A stretch of 64,000 nucleotides of DNA from Bacillota bacterium (GTDB lineage Bacteria; Bacillota; Sulfobacillia; UBA8153), in the NCBI GenBank assembly GCA_040756655.1, contig JBFLYN010000002.1, forward strand, positions 72,634 to 136,633, read 5' to 3'. The notes beneath the pieces were generated by a model. It saw only the letters and a list, made by a program, of their open reading frames with translations, was not told the DNA's origin and searched no databases. The translations under genes and the position numbers were made by a program. Below, piece by piece: positions 20,129 to 29,746 of this stretch; the first letter of the stretch is position 1; every line of letters begins with the position of its first letter.

Positions 20129-21052
20129 TCATTGTGTTCCGTTATGCTGCCCACACAGCTTTGCCAGCATTAGGAACGCACCCACGGCAATATTGTGGCC
20201 GGTACTACCCCCCATCCGGCTAAGTTTCTGCAATGCCTGGTTACACGGCCGTCCGCGCAACAACGACAGCACATAATCCCTGACCGGCTCGGGAGTTAGC
20301 CCCCTTTGGCCCATCTCCAGCATGTGGGCTCCCAGGGGTGTGGTCCTCTGCTTGATGTCCTCTGGGTAAGGCATAGCCCGGTACTTGCAGTTTTTGCTGC
20401 GTCTGTAGTAATGCAGGGCGATGAGCGCACCGTGAATGAGGTCATCGCCAGTTGGGGTAGATCCATCACCCAAGCCAGCCAACATCCCGCAACAAGCCTG
20501 GAAACCCATGCGGTCTGAGCGCAAAAGCGCATGCGTAAGCTGGGGAAAATAGGTCTTGATTTGCTCCCCGAAATAGCCTTGGGTGTCGTTGCTTCCCAGG
20601 AGTACAGAACAGGTATGTGACGCCGTCAGGTTCTTCAACTGGGTCGAAAATGAGGTTAGCGACGATAGCCAGCCTTCGCGGACCATAGTGACCTCGGCTG
20701 GCGGCGCAAAAGATACGTAGGGCTCACCGAGGGCAAGAATAAGTTCTTCTTTGCCACTGAGAAAGACCACGGAGTCAGGCAAGTACCAGCCGCGTGTCGT
20801 GGAGGTTAGGAAGGCTTTAACTTCCCAAAGCGTCGACAAGGAGAGTCCTACCGTCGCCGGACCACGGACTACGCCCGGGCCAGCAATCATGAGCAGGTGT
20901 GGCCAACCCTCAACCGCCAAGTTGGCTACCTGATCATGAACGGATACTACGCGAAATCTTGCCGGCTCCCTGTACTCTACAAGGTCAGCGGCAACCCATT
21001 CAGCTTTACGAAGACACCACACATTCGTTCTACCCTCTCCGTCATGAGCCAT
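20129..21052 (-). CDS. DUF2877 (YlbF/AllH-like) protein
   Basis: LAGLGDGSTPTGDDLIHG and GGSTG motifs; lies next to carbamate kinase. Confidence 0.75.
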   Translation of the reverse strand: MAHDGEGRTNVWCLRKAEWVAADLVEYREPARFRVVSVHDQVANLAVEGWPHLLMIAGPGVVRGPATVGLSLSTLWEVKAFLTSTTRGWYLPDSVVFLSGKEELILALGEPYVSFAPPAEVTMVREGWLSSLTSFSTQLKNLTASHTCSVLLGSNDTQGYFGEQIKTYFPQLTHALLRSDRMGFQACCGMLAGLGDGSTPTGDDLIHGALIALHYYRRSKNCKYRAMPYPEDIKQRTTPLGAHMLEMGQRGLTPEPVRDYVLSLLRGRPCNQALQKLSRMGGSTGHNIAVGAFLMLAKLCGQHNGTQ

Positions 21053-21089
21053 TTTTGCCGGAGCAGCTCAACAGCGGGCCTCGCAGCGA

Positions 21090-21590
21090 CTACGGGGTAA
21101 TCGTGGTGCCATCCTTGCCTGCTACAGCATCCAGCATGCCATCAAGAGACGTTATGATCGATCTGTTCTCGGTGTCCCGGACAAACTCTATCGCCGCCTG
21201 GATCTTCGGCGCCAGGCTTCCTAAGCCAAAGTGGCCATCCTTCAGGTAGGTCTTTGTCTGATCGACAGTCGCACTCGTGAGATCCCTTTCGCCGGGTAGA
21301 CCGAAGTGTAACTTAACGTGCTTTACGTCCGTAAGGATCAGGAATAGGTTCACACCAAGGTCTCTGGCTAACCTGGAGCTGGCTAAATCCTTATCGATGA
21401 CAGCCTCTATGTCCATAGGTGCGTCCATCTCGCTGAACAACAGGTATACCGCCCCCGCCTGCTGCTATGACCACACCTCCACTTTCACAGCAATGGTAGA
21501 TCACCTCTAAGTTTACGATCTTTCGGGGAATTGGGGAAGGAACAGCTTTGCGTCAACCACGCTTGCTGTCTTCTATCCATTTCTCCTTGC
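21090..21590 (-). pseudogene. arcC: Carbamate kinase pseudogene (C-terminal half)
   Basis: EDSKRG*RKAVPSPIP...VIAAGGGGIPVV, then frameshift into IEAVIDKDLAS...ILTDV...GSLAPKIQAA; 5' half replaced by IS3 remnant. Confidence 0.85.
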
Positions 21591-21821
21591 GTATCCGCGC
21601 TGACCCGCATCGATCTTTTGCTGCCGAATCCAGCTGCGGAGTGACTCAGGTGATACGCCCAAGTTCTTTGCCGTCTGGCTGATGCTCTTCACTCTCACGT
21701 ACCAAGCGGACAGCTTCCGTCCGGAACTTCAGCGGATATGGTCGTCTTGATCCTGGCATTGGCAACAACCTATTCCCAAGTATGCCCAATTGGGAGTGTC
21801 CACTAAACCGGGTTAGGCTCA
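21590..21821 (-). mobile_element. IS3-family left-end remnant (IRL + frameshifted orfA)
   Basis: Minus strand TGAGCCTAACCCGGTTTAGTGGACAC end at 21821-21796; ATG 21759 MPGSRRPYPLKFRTEAVRLV/SISQTAKNLGVSPESLRSWIRQ HTH. Confidence 0.8.
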
Positions 21822-21981
21822 CGATGTTCCACGACCATAGTCGTCACCTGCTGATCGGCCAGCAGGTTCAACAACTGCGGACGATGCCCGTCCAAGCCCG
21901 AACCAATCTCGGTAACGGTTTGCGCCACCGCCATTCCACGGCCATTCGCAAACTCCAGAATGCGCATCACTTGCTTATTGC
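21822..21981 (-). mobile_element. IS607-family serine recombinase (TnpA) internal fragment
   Basis: QVMRILEFANGRGMAVAQTVTEIGSGLDGHRPQLLNLL...VVEHR; EIGSGL and VVEH motifs. Confidence 0.75.
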
Positions 21982-22475
21982 TGCATATTCCGACCGAAAG
22001 CGACCACTCATTCCGGAGCAAACCGACCACCGATTCCGGACGAAACCGACCAGTCATTCCGGACCAAAGCGACCACTGATTCCGGCGGAAGCCGACCACT
22101 CTTGGCGACTTGATAGGAATTGGTGGCCTGAATACTCCGGAATGATGCGCCTGACGACGCATGAGCGCGGTAACCCTGGATAACCTGGGAAATCAGAGGC
22201 TCTCATGCTGAAACCGTATGCAAAGCGGTAATGCATGCGGAGAGGGATGAGGGAGCTATGGCTAACAGGAGGTTATCCATGCGCAAAGTCCGTGAGATGT
22301 TGCGGTTGGCTTGGAACATGAGCCTGAGCATCCGCCAGGTAGCACGCACTTGCGGCGTCTCTCACAGCACGGTAAGCGAGCTGTTACGTCAGGCCACGCA
22401 GGCGGGGCTATCTTGGCTGCTGCCCGCAGAGTGGGATGACGCCGTCCTGGAAGACCGGCTCTACCGGCAGCATCA
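21982..22475 (+). mobile_element. istA: IS21-family left end with truncated istA
   Basis: TG terminus, multiple subterminal repeats, ATG 22258 MANRRLSMRKVREMLRL...SIRQVARTCGVSHSTVSE...AGLSW..DDAVLEDRLY, then abrupt end. Confidence 0.85.
21987..22101 (+). repeat. Five tandem 23-bp repeats (ATTCCGnnnnAAnnCGACCAnnn)
   Basis: Units start at 21987, 22010, 22033, 22056, 22079; typical of IS21 transposase-binding ends. Confidence 0.9.
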
Positions 22476-23344
22476 CCAAAGGATAGTGGAGACCCGCGGC
22501 CAGCAGGATCTCCTCAAGGCTCACCCGGTTCACTCTCAGGTCTGCGGCCCCGGTAGCCTGCAGGCGGGATAACCATTCCTGCGAGTAACACCCCGTAGTC
22601 CCGACAAAGCTCAGACCGTCAGTCTGCAGGCTACGGAAAAGCGGCCGTAACTCCTCGGGCGCACCCCGGACTCCATTTGCCCTCCGCCAGCGGTCAAGTA
22701 AGGACTCCTTGTCTGCGTGAACTGCGATGACGCCCTCTTGGAGTATGGCGACGTAGTCAGCGACCTGCTCGACGTCATGAATGATGTGGGAAGAGAAGAT
22801 GACGGTCCTTCCTTCGTCCCGGATCACTCCTGAGATCTGCTCAAGTAGTTCCCGCCGGACTAGCGGGTCGAGGCCAGAGGTCGGTTCGTCCAAGATCAGC
22901 AATCGTGGACGGTGGGAGAGAGCCATGACCAGGGCCAGCTTCATCCTCATGCCCTTGGACATCTGCCGTACCGTCTTCTTAGAAGAACCTCGCAAGGTAC
23001 TCCTGGTACAGCCGGGCGTCCCATGTAGGATAGTAAGAGCTGACCAGTCGCCCCAGCCCGGACGGGGTCATGTCCTCGTAGAAGTTCGGGGTTTCGCTAA
23101 CGTATCCCACGCGACGTTTGATCTCCAGCTCCTGCCCGGGCTGCTCGAGTCCCAGCACCTCAACCCGGCCAGCCTCGGGGTAAGTGAGGTTGAGCATGAT
23201 CCGGATGGTGGTAGACTTCCCGGCTCCATTGGGACCCACCAGTCCCAGTACGTAGCCCTGTTCGACCAGGAACTCATCCAGGCTTAGCGTGAAGGCTCCG
23301 TAGCGTTTGCGGACTCCTTCCATGCGCACTACAACCCTAGACAT
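22476..23344 (-). pseudogene. ABC transporter ATP-binding protein (YtrB-like), frameshifted
   Basis: Walker A GPNGAGKST in 22979-23344; MSKGM signature and LDEPT in a different frame from about 22995; 3' end runs into IS21. Confidence 0.85.
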
Positions 23345-23723
23345 GCATATATCCCCCCGCCTTCATGGCCTGCTCCAGGAGTGCACGCAACGACTCCGGC
23401 CCTACGCCCAGTCGGCGAGCCTGCTCCACCACAGCGGCCAGTTGAGCACCGATTTCCTCATGCGTCAGATCCCTGGGCGATCTGGATAGCTCGCTGACAA
23501 AGGTGCCTCGCCCAGGGCGTGTCACGATGTACCCGTCCCGCTCTAGCTCCTGGTAGGCGCGTTGAGTGGTGATCACGCTGGTTACCAGGTCGGCCGCGAG
23601 CTGGCGGATGGACGGCAAGGGGTCCCCGGGCGATACCTCCCCTCTGAGGATCGCAGCCCGTACTTGCTCGATGATCTGCTGGTAGAGGGGTTGCCGGTCG
23701 GAGCTATCCAGCACGATGAGCAT
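23337..23723 (-). CDS. GntR-family (YtrA subfamily) regulator
   Basis: PLYQQI, LPSIRQLA, TTQRAYQELERDG, GRGTFV, short C-terminus. Confidence 0.92.
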   Translation of the reverse strand: MLIVLDSSDRQPLYQQIIEQVRAAILRGEVSPGDPLPSIRQLAADLVTSVITTQRAYQELERDGYIVTRPGRGTFVSELSRSPRDLTHEEIGAQLAAVVEQARRLGVGPESLRALLEQAMKAGGYMHV

Positions 23724-23746
23724 GCGTCCACCTCTCTAGACGATAC

Positions 23747-23777
23747 TGTATATATCGTCTATATACACTATATAGTG
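23747..23777. promoter_or_regulatory. Probable YtrA-type autoregulatory operator
   Basis: TGTATATA-tcgtc-TATATACA (23747-23767) overlapping palindrome CACTATATAGTG (23766-23777), directly upstream of the gntR gene. Confidence 0.7.
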
Positions 23778-24344
23778 AAAACGTCGCCCTATCAACACGG
23801 GTCCGGCGGCTTTGCTTTCGGGACAACTCTGGACTGCGGCCGCCGGTGGCTAGCCGTCTTCCCACCTTAGTAGTACCAGCACGGTGCTGTAGCGGTCCTC
23901 CACGGCGGTGATCCGCCCGGTCGTACCTCAAGGCACCTACGTTATCACCAAGAGCAGGAGGTAGAGGTAGATGCAGGCATTTGGGGGCTCTCAAAGACGG
24001 CCTTCTCCCCGGCGTAAGGCGGCCATGCAGGCATCGAGGAGGGACCAGGAGGGATATTAGGGAAATCGTTCCCTGGTACGGGTGCCTCCAGGTAGGTCGC
24101 GTTCGGCTATCCTTCTGTCTGGCAGTGGTGGTGGCCGGGGGCGCTCCGGCGAAAGCCGTACCGCCACCGATGACCAGCAGTCGTACCCGGGACTCCGCAC
24201 CCTGGGGGCGGCATATACCCAAGGTCGCGCCACTAGCTACTAGCCAGGTGTGGAAGGTGTTCGTTCTATACTCGTAGAAAGGGTGCGGGACGAGGGGTCC
24301 TTCCTCAACAGCCCGTTCTGGGAGCAGCCAGTCAAAGAGAGAGG

Positions 24345-24881
24345 ATGCGACTGGACATGAAAAGTGCCGAACGAGTGCTGGCCCTCATTGCCGCCGGGCT
24401 GGCCATGCTGGCATACCTCCGGGGTGGATGGGGTCTTTGGTTTAAAGGCCTTACGAATACCGCCAACGCTCTTACCTCCGCAGCCTGGCTCTTGGTGCTG
24501 GCCTTCGCCATCAGCGGTCTCATGGAGGTACTGGTACCGCCCTCCACCATCCGCAAGTGGCTGGGTGGCGAGTCCGGGCTGCGTGGCATGACCATGGGTT
24601 GCCTGGTAGGAGCCCTGACCCCGGGCGGGCCGTACGTATACTACCCCATTGCCCTGGCCTTGTACCGGGCGGGAGCGGGCACGGGGACGCTGATGGCATA
24701 CATCGCTGGCAAGGCCATATGGGACCTCCCACGCCTGCCGTTGGAGATAGGCCTATTCGGTACGAGGTTTGCCGTCATCCGCCTGACCGTCACGCTCTTT
24801 GTGCCGCTGGCGGCCGGCCTGCTGGGGAACCGGTTCTTTGGAAACTTCCGTGCGCGCGCCAAGGAAGGTGGGGCGTCATGA
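24345..24881 (+). CDS. Permease half-unit (DUF318/ArsP-like)
   Basis: Hydrophobic; KWLGGESGLRG, GALTPGGPY, GAGTGTLMAY. Confidence 0.75.
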   Translation: MRLDMKSAERVLALIAAGLAMLAYLRGGWGLWFKGLTNTANALTSAAWLLVLAFAISGLMEVLVPPSTIRKWLGGESGLRGMTMGCLVGALTPGGPYVYYPIALALYRAGAGTGTLMAYIAGKAIWDLPRLPLEIGLFGTRFAVIRLTVTLFVPLAAGLLGNRFFGNFRARAKEGGAS

Positions 24882-25366
24882 CCCAGACCATAACCGTCCT
24901 TGCCGTAGTAGCTGCCATGCTAACGGTGGCGGCCCGGCTTCGCGGGCCGGGGCTGGCCACCCGGGGTTGGGTTACTGCGTTCCATTCGCTACGCCGGCAG
25001 CTGCCCCTGCTGATCATCGCCTTCACCCTTGCCGGGTACCTGGAGGCCGTCATTCCCCAGAGCTTCATCCGGTCATGGATGGGAGCCGGGGCCGGGATCC
25101 GTGGCATCCTGCTGGGTAGTGTGGCCGGAGGGCTCCTTCCCTTCGGACCCTACATCGTGTTCCCCATGGGGGCTACCCTGCAGGCCTCAGGAGCCGGCAC
25201 CGCTACCATGGTGGCCTTCGTAACCGGCTGGATGATGTGGAGCACAGGTAAACTGGCCTTTGAGTTTGCCACCCTGGGCCCGGGTTTCACGGCCCGCAGG
25301 ATGGCAGTGTACTTGGTATTCCCCCCACTGGCCGGGCTTTTGGCACTGCTATTCTTTGGCAATTGA
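24878..25366 (+). CDS. Permease half-unit (DUF318/ArsP-like), paralog of upstream gene
   Basis: ATGA overlap; SWMGAGAGIRG, GGLLPFGPY, GAGTATMVAF. Confidence 0.75.
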   Translation: MTQTITVLAVVAAMLTVAARLRGPGLATRGWVTAFHSLRRQLPLLIIAFTLAGYLEAVIPQSFIRSWMGAGAGIRGILLGSVAGGLLPFGPYIVFPMGATLQASGAGTATMVAFVTGWMMWSTGKLAFEFATLGPGFTARRMAVYLVFPPLAGLLALLFFGN

Positions 25367-25374
25367 AACCAGGC

Positions 25375-26448
25375 CTAAATGACTATGAGTTCCCTGGGCG
25401 CGTGGGTGAGAAGCCGGCAGCCGTCCGCGGTAAGCACTATGTCGTCCTCGATGCGCACACCACCCCAGCCCTCCAGGTAGATACCGGGTTCCACGGTGAG
25501 GACGTGCCCAGGCCGCAGCTCTACCTTGGCTCCGGGTGCGGCCCGGGGCCCGTAGTTTAGCGAGTGCCCGAGGCCATGACCGAAGCATGAGCCGTAGCCA
25601 GCCGCCTCTATGTGCTGCCGGGCCACCCGGTCCAGTTCCTCTCCGGTTATCCCTGGCCTGGCTGCGGCCAGGGCCAGTTCCTGCGCCTTCTGCACCGCTT
25701 CGTACACTTCCCGGGCCTTCTCCGTAGCGTACCCCACGGCCACCGTGCGGGTAAGGTCAGAGGCGCAGCCATCCCAGACCGCCCCGTAATCCATCGTGAC
25801 CAGGTCTCCGGCTTTGATGGCCCGGCTGGAGGGCGTACCGTGACAGAAGGCGGCACGAGGCCCGGACACCACTATGGTGCCGAAAGAAAACCGCTCTACC
25901 CCATGGGATCGGATGAACCGCTCCAGTTCAGCCGCGACTTCCAGTTCGGTAACACCCGGTCGTATAACACTGAGAACGTGTTCAAAGGCGGCATCGTCAA
26001 TGGCTCCAGCCCGCTCGAAGGCTATGATCTCTTCTGAAGTCTTCACCGCCCTCAGGTCGGCCAGGAGATCGTCGGCGGGGACCAGCCATACCCCGGTGAA
26101 AGCTTCACTCAGCGCTTGGAAGTCGGCATGGCTCATGACCCGGGCCTCATACCCTACCCGTCTGAGCCTGGACTCTTGGACCAACCCGGCCGCGACGCTG
26201 GTCAGGCTCCTCCTGTCCTCCCCGCCCCAGCGCACGACCTGGCAACCCTGGGCTTGCTGTCTGGCCTCAGCTAGGTCGACGAAATGGGTGATCAGGTAGT
26301 TCTGGGCCCGGGTCACCAGGGCAACCCCCGCTACCCCGGTGGCCAGGAAGTACCGGCGGTGGTCGGCAGACTGCAGCAACAGGCCATCCAAGTGCTCGTC
26401 TTCTAGACTGGCCAGGAGCCGCTTGACTCGTTGTTCGTAGGGATGCAC
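25375..26448 (-). CDS. Xaa-Pro aminopeptidase (M24B)
   Basis: Creatinase-N domain, LRAVKTSEEI, SDLTRT, HGLGH, TVEPGIY, GVRIEDD. Confidence 0.9.
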   Translation of the reverse strand: MHPYEQRVKRLLASLEDEHLDGLLLQSADHRRYFLATGVAGVALVTRAQNYLITHFVDLAEARQQAQGCQVVRWGGEDRRSLTSVAAGLVQESRLRRVGYEARVMSHADFQALSEAFTGVWLVPADDLLADLRAVKTSEEIIAFERAGAIDDAAFEHVLSVIRPGVTELEVAAELERFIRSHGVERFSFGTIVVSGPRAAFCHGTPSSRAIKAGDLVTMDYGAVWDGCASDLTRTVAVGYATEKAREVYEAVQKAQELALAAARPGITGEELDRVARQHIEAAGYGSCFGHGLGHSLNYGPRAAPGAKVELRPGHVLTVEPGIYLEGWGGVRIEDDIVLTADGCRLLTHAPRELIVI

Positions 26449-26545
26449 GCGCACACACCCTTTCTCCGAACGTCGCGGGGCCCTTTTTGTCCATTCGGGA
26501 ACACGATAGCGGCAACTCCAGGTGTCTACTACGCCGGCCGGGGAT

Positions 26546-27661
26546 CTATTCTCCCAGCAACTCGATGGTGCGGATGGTGTAGGCAGACTCCAGGATGTAC
26601 CAGGGATAGGGACGACCGTTTCGGGCAAACCCCGCGGCCACGGTCAGCAAGTACTCCCGGGCCGCCTCCTGTTGGCCGATGAGTGCTGCGGCGTAGGCCA
26701 CGAGGGCCCACGGAAAGAGGTCGGGTAGTTCACCCTGGTGCCAACGGGGGAAGTCACCGGCTATCCGGTTGTAAGCGGAGAGCGCCCGCTGGTCATCGGG
26801 GTCCATCAGCCCGTTGAGCAGCGGGTAGAGCTGGCTGACGTAGTCGGGATACCAGCGACCGGTCCGCACTCGCCTGCGGCCCAGCAGGCCGTCACTCCAG
26901 TAATATTCCTCATTGCCGGTGTCCCAAAGACGAGACTCCAACCCCTGTCTAACCAGATCGGCCCGGGTACCGGCCTCCTCAGCTGCCTCCGGCAACCCCA
27001 GGTGCTCCAGGAGCCATGCCCAGTCCCTCAGTCCCCGGTAGTTCTCTGCGTTATCCATGAGGTACTTTACCCGGTGCGTGGGTTTGGCCCACACCAGCCC
27101 GTCGCGGTCCTGGAGCCCGGTTATGACCGAGGCGATCATGTGGAGGGATGCCAGATTATCGCGGGCAAACCCGGCATCACCGGTGGCAACCACGTACTGG
27201 CGCACTAAGGACAAGAACGTAGCCGCGTAGGAGTCAGCGGAATCGTAGTTCATGGTCGGTTCCAGGACCCCTGCGCGCATCTGATAATCGTAGATGGTGC
27301 CCGAAAGCCCCCAACGGTCGGGGTCGTTAAGGTGGTCTAGGTACCAAAGAAGGTAGTCCTTGACCCGACCGGGAGCATACGGCAACAACGCCGCGGCAGC
27401 TAGGTTGGAAAAATAGGGTATAACCAGCTGGTGGTCCGGGGTTTGGGCGATGGCGCCGCCCGGCAGCTGTGATGACAACAGCCACTCTACTTCACCCTGG
27501 AGCATAGAGGAGGACGATTCCTCCCAACCGGCCCTGACTGCGACCAACATGGGCACCAGCGGAGCCGGTGTGGGCCCGGTTGGCCGCACACCGCTGAGCA
27601 GTATGGCTATTCCCAGGAATGCCCATAGATACCTGGAGGCTTTGGCTAATCGCGTTGGCAT
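26546..27661 (-). CDS. Exported (alpha/alpha)6 glycosidase-like hypothetical protein
   Basis: N-terminal hydrophobic segment; helical Trp/Tyr-rich body with DSADSYAA and YLMDNAENYRGL motifs. Confidence 0.55.
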   Translation of the reverse strand: MPTRLAKASRYLWAFLGIAILLSGVRPTGPTPAPLVPMLVAVRAGWEESSSSMLQGEVEWLLSSQLPGGAIAQTPDHQLVIPYFSNLAAAALLPYAPGRVKDYLLWYLDHLNDPDRWGLSGTIYDYQMRAGVLEPTMNYDSADSYAATFLSLVRQYVVATGDAGFARDNLASLHMIASVITGLQDRDGLVWAKPTHRVKYLMDNAENYRGLRDWAWLLEHLGLPEAAEEAGTRADLVRQGLESRLWDTGNEEYYWSDGLLGRRRVRTGRWYPDYVSQLYPLLNGLMDPDDQRALSAYNRIAGDFPRWHQGELPDLFPWALVAYAAALIGQQEAAREYLLTVAAGFARNGRPYPWYILESAYTIRTIELLGE

Positions 27662-27708
27662 ACAGTTGTGTTTCGCCGCGTCCCGGTGAAACTCCTGGTA
27701 AACTCATT

Positions 27709-28632
27709 TTAAGTTGTAGCCACCCGGATCAGACCCCGGACGGCGTCATCGAGCCGGTTCGGGCTCAACAGCCGTTTCACCCACCGCTTGGGCAGAGCCT
27801 CAAACCCGTAATATGCCCCGACGAGGCCACCGGTGACCGCTCCGGTGGTGTCGGCGTCATCGCCCAGGTTAACTGCTGCCACGATGGCATCTTCCGGGGT
27901 GTCCCGGTGCAGAAAACACCAAACGCTCGCCTCAAAGCAGTCCAGCACGTACCCGCTGCCCCGGAGCTGGCCGTAGGAGAGGCGGCCAACTCCGTCCAGG
28001 CGGTCCTTGGCTTTTGGCATTACGGCCGGGTATCGTTCCCAGCCATGACTGAGGGCGGTCCGGTAGGCTTCCCAGCGATCAGGCATGTCTTCCACGCATG
28101 CACTCACTAGTGCGCAGTACGTCACCGACAGGAACTGGCACAACAGATCAGCGTGGGTCATGGCCGTGAGCCGGGCTGCCCACAGGTCCCGGCGGACCGT
28201 GTCGTTGGCATAGGCCAGGCCCACCGGCACTATGCGCATAAGCCCGCCGTTGCCCGCAGCTTTGGGACGGAACCGGTCTTCGGTGATGGCTCCCGCCTGC
28301 TCCCAACTACCCGTGGTGAGGTAGAGCGCCAGGGCCGAACGCACGGTGGTTCCAATATCCGGAGGGTGTGAGCGGTACCACTGGATGAACCGTTTCCCCA
28401 CGTGCGGCTCCGGGTTCAAAGGATCTTCGCCAATGCCCAGGGCGGTAGCCAGCATCATCTCGGTATCGTCGGTAAACTCGCCCGGTTGCAGCTTCAGCCA
28501 CCCGCCGCCTGTGATCTCCGTGTGGAGGCCGTGCTTCCGCGCGACCTCGTCCCTGGACATAAACTCCACCGTGGCCCCCAAAGCATCTCCGGCGGCCAGT
28601 CCCCAGACGCTCCCCTTGATGGTATCCGCCAT
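27709..28632 (-). CDS. ADP-ribosylglycohydrolase (DraG/ARH family)
   Basis: GDALGATVEF, TDDT, DIGTT, GNGGLMR, TH, GDDADTTGAVTG. Confidence 0.93.
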   Translation of the reverse strand: MADTIKGSVWGLAAGDALGATVEFMSRDEVARKHGLHTEITGGGWLKLQPGEFTDDTEMMLATALGIGEDPLNPEPHVGKRFIQWYRSHPPDIGTTVRSALALYLTTGSWEQAGAITEDRFRPKAAGNGGLMRIVPVGLAYANDTVRRDLWAARLTAMTHADLLCQFLSVTYCALVSACVEDMPDRWEAYRTALSHGWERYPAVMPKAKDRLDGVGRLSYGQLRGSGYVLDCFEASVWCFLHRDTPEDAIVAAVNLGDDADTTGAVTGGLVGAYYGFEALPKRWVKRLLSPNRLDDAVRGLIRVATT

Positions 28633-28888
28633 ATCGCGTGCCACGGGTACCCACCTCCGGGAAGGCCATTCGCCACATCCTGCGCTAAACCTCCTATGGG
28701 CGCGGGGTGCTGGTCCACAGTGTAGGAAGACCGCTACAGAGGTAGAAGTCCTTGGACATGGCAAATTCCCGGAGGCATTTGTAGATTACCTGGAAACACA
28801 GTTTGTCGAGCCACGACTAGAGTGAGCTGACGCCCGGCAAGGCTCAGCTCAGAGCCAAGTACCAGAGCCGGGACCCGCAGCAGGGAGG

Positions 28889-29282
28889 ATGAGAATGAGT
28901 TCGACCTGGTCATGGAACACGCCAGGAGCCACCTACAGGCCCCTGTCCCGGGGCAAGCCTCATCCCCGTACCTATGGAACCTGCGCACGGATCTTGGGCA
29001 AGTATGTCCGGAAAGGGACGCTGTCGTGGGAAATAGCGGTCAGCAAGATGACGTCGCTGCCCGCCGAGAAACTGGGGCTCTTTGACCGGGGGCTCACCCG
29101 CCCCGGCTGCGTCGCCGACTTGGTGCTGTTTTCCCCCGGGGGAGATAGCCGACACTGCCACCTACACTGAACCCCACGCCTATGCCCGGGGCGTGCGGGC
29201 AGTGTTGGTGAATGGCGCTGTCACCATAGAAAATAGAGAGCACACCGGGGCTGGCGGAGGACAGGTGCTACGCCACGCCTAG
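28889..29282 (+). pseudogene. D-aminoacylase C-terminal remnant
   Basis: GKPHPRTYGTCARILGKYVR...KMTSLPA...ADLVLF, then frameshift to DTATYTEPH...VLVNG; no N-terminal domain. Confidence 0.8.
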
Positions 29283-29347
29283 ATCCCCTCACCAATCTAT
29301 AGATGGCCGGGGTCGGAGGTCATCCTACCCCGGATGGTGATGTACAA

Positions 29348-29701
29348 ATGAACAGGACCATGGTGGCACTGGCGGTCAAATTCGTATTGACCCTCATCTT
29401 CGCCGGCGTTGCGTTCATGCTGGTGGCCGGAAACTCGCTCGGGCCGGTAGTGGTCGTTGCCGTTGCGGTTACCGTGGTGAACTACCTCGTGGGTGATCTC
29501 GGGGAATTACCCAGCTACGGTAACATTTGGGCGGCAGTGGGCGACGGTGTCATGGGGGCCATCGTGTCCTGGCTGGCGGCTCTCCTCATACCGGCCTTCC
29601 TGGTCACCCTCGGCAGCCTGGCGTTGTTCGCCGTGCTCACCGGCGTCACTGAATTCTACTTCCACCGGTACCTCATGAAGGATGAGAAGGTTGCTCCGTA
29701 A
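29348..29701 (+). CDS. YndM/DUF2512-family membrane protein
   Basis: ALAVKF, YLVGDL..LP.YGN..A..GD, EFYFHRYL pattern. Confidence 0.8.
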   Translation: MNRTMVALAVKFVLTLIFAGVAFMLVAGNSLGPVVVVAVAVTVVNYLVGDLGELPSYGNIWAAVGDGVMGAIVSWLAALLIPAFLVTLGSLALFAVLTGVTEFYFHRYLMKDEKVAP

Positions 29702-29703
29702 AG

Positions 29704-29731
29704 CGGGACGGGGCTGCGAGGCCCCGCCCCT
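29704..29731. terminator. GC hairpin between convergent genes
   Basis: GGGACGGGGC-tgcgag-GCCCCGCCCC. Confidence 0.5.
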
Positions 29732-29746
29732 TCGGAAGCTCTTTGC

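Noticed and set aside
21555-21575. In-frame TGA in carbamate kinase as selenocysteine or recoding
   Set aside because: Position is not a Cys site and the gene also has a frameshift and a 5' truncation, so it is a pseudogene
21987-22101. 23-bp periodic repeats as a mini-CRISPR array or iterons
   Set aside because: Repeats are directly tandem with no spacers, no cas or rep gene is present, and they sit at an IS21 left end before istA
23780-24340. ORFs 23704-24222 and 23981-24277
   Set aside because: No motif, SD or compositional support; probably degraded sequence
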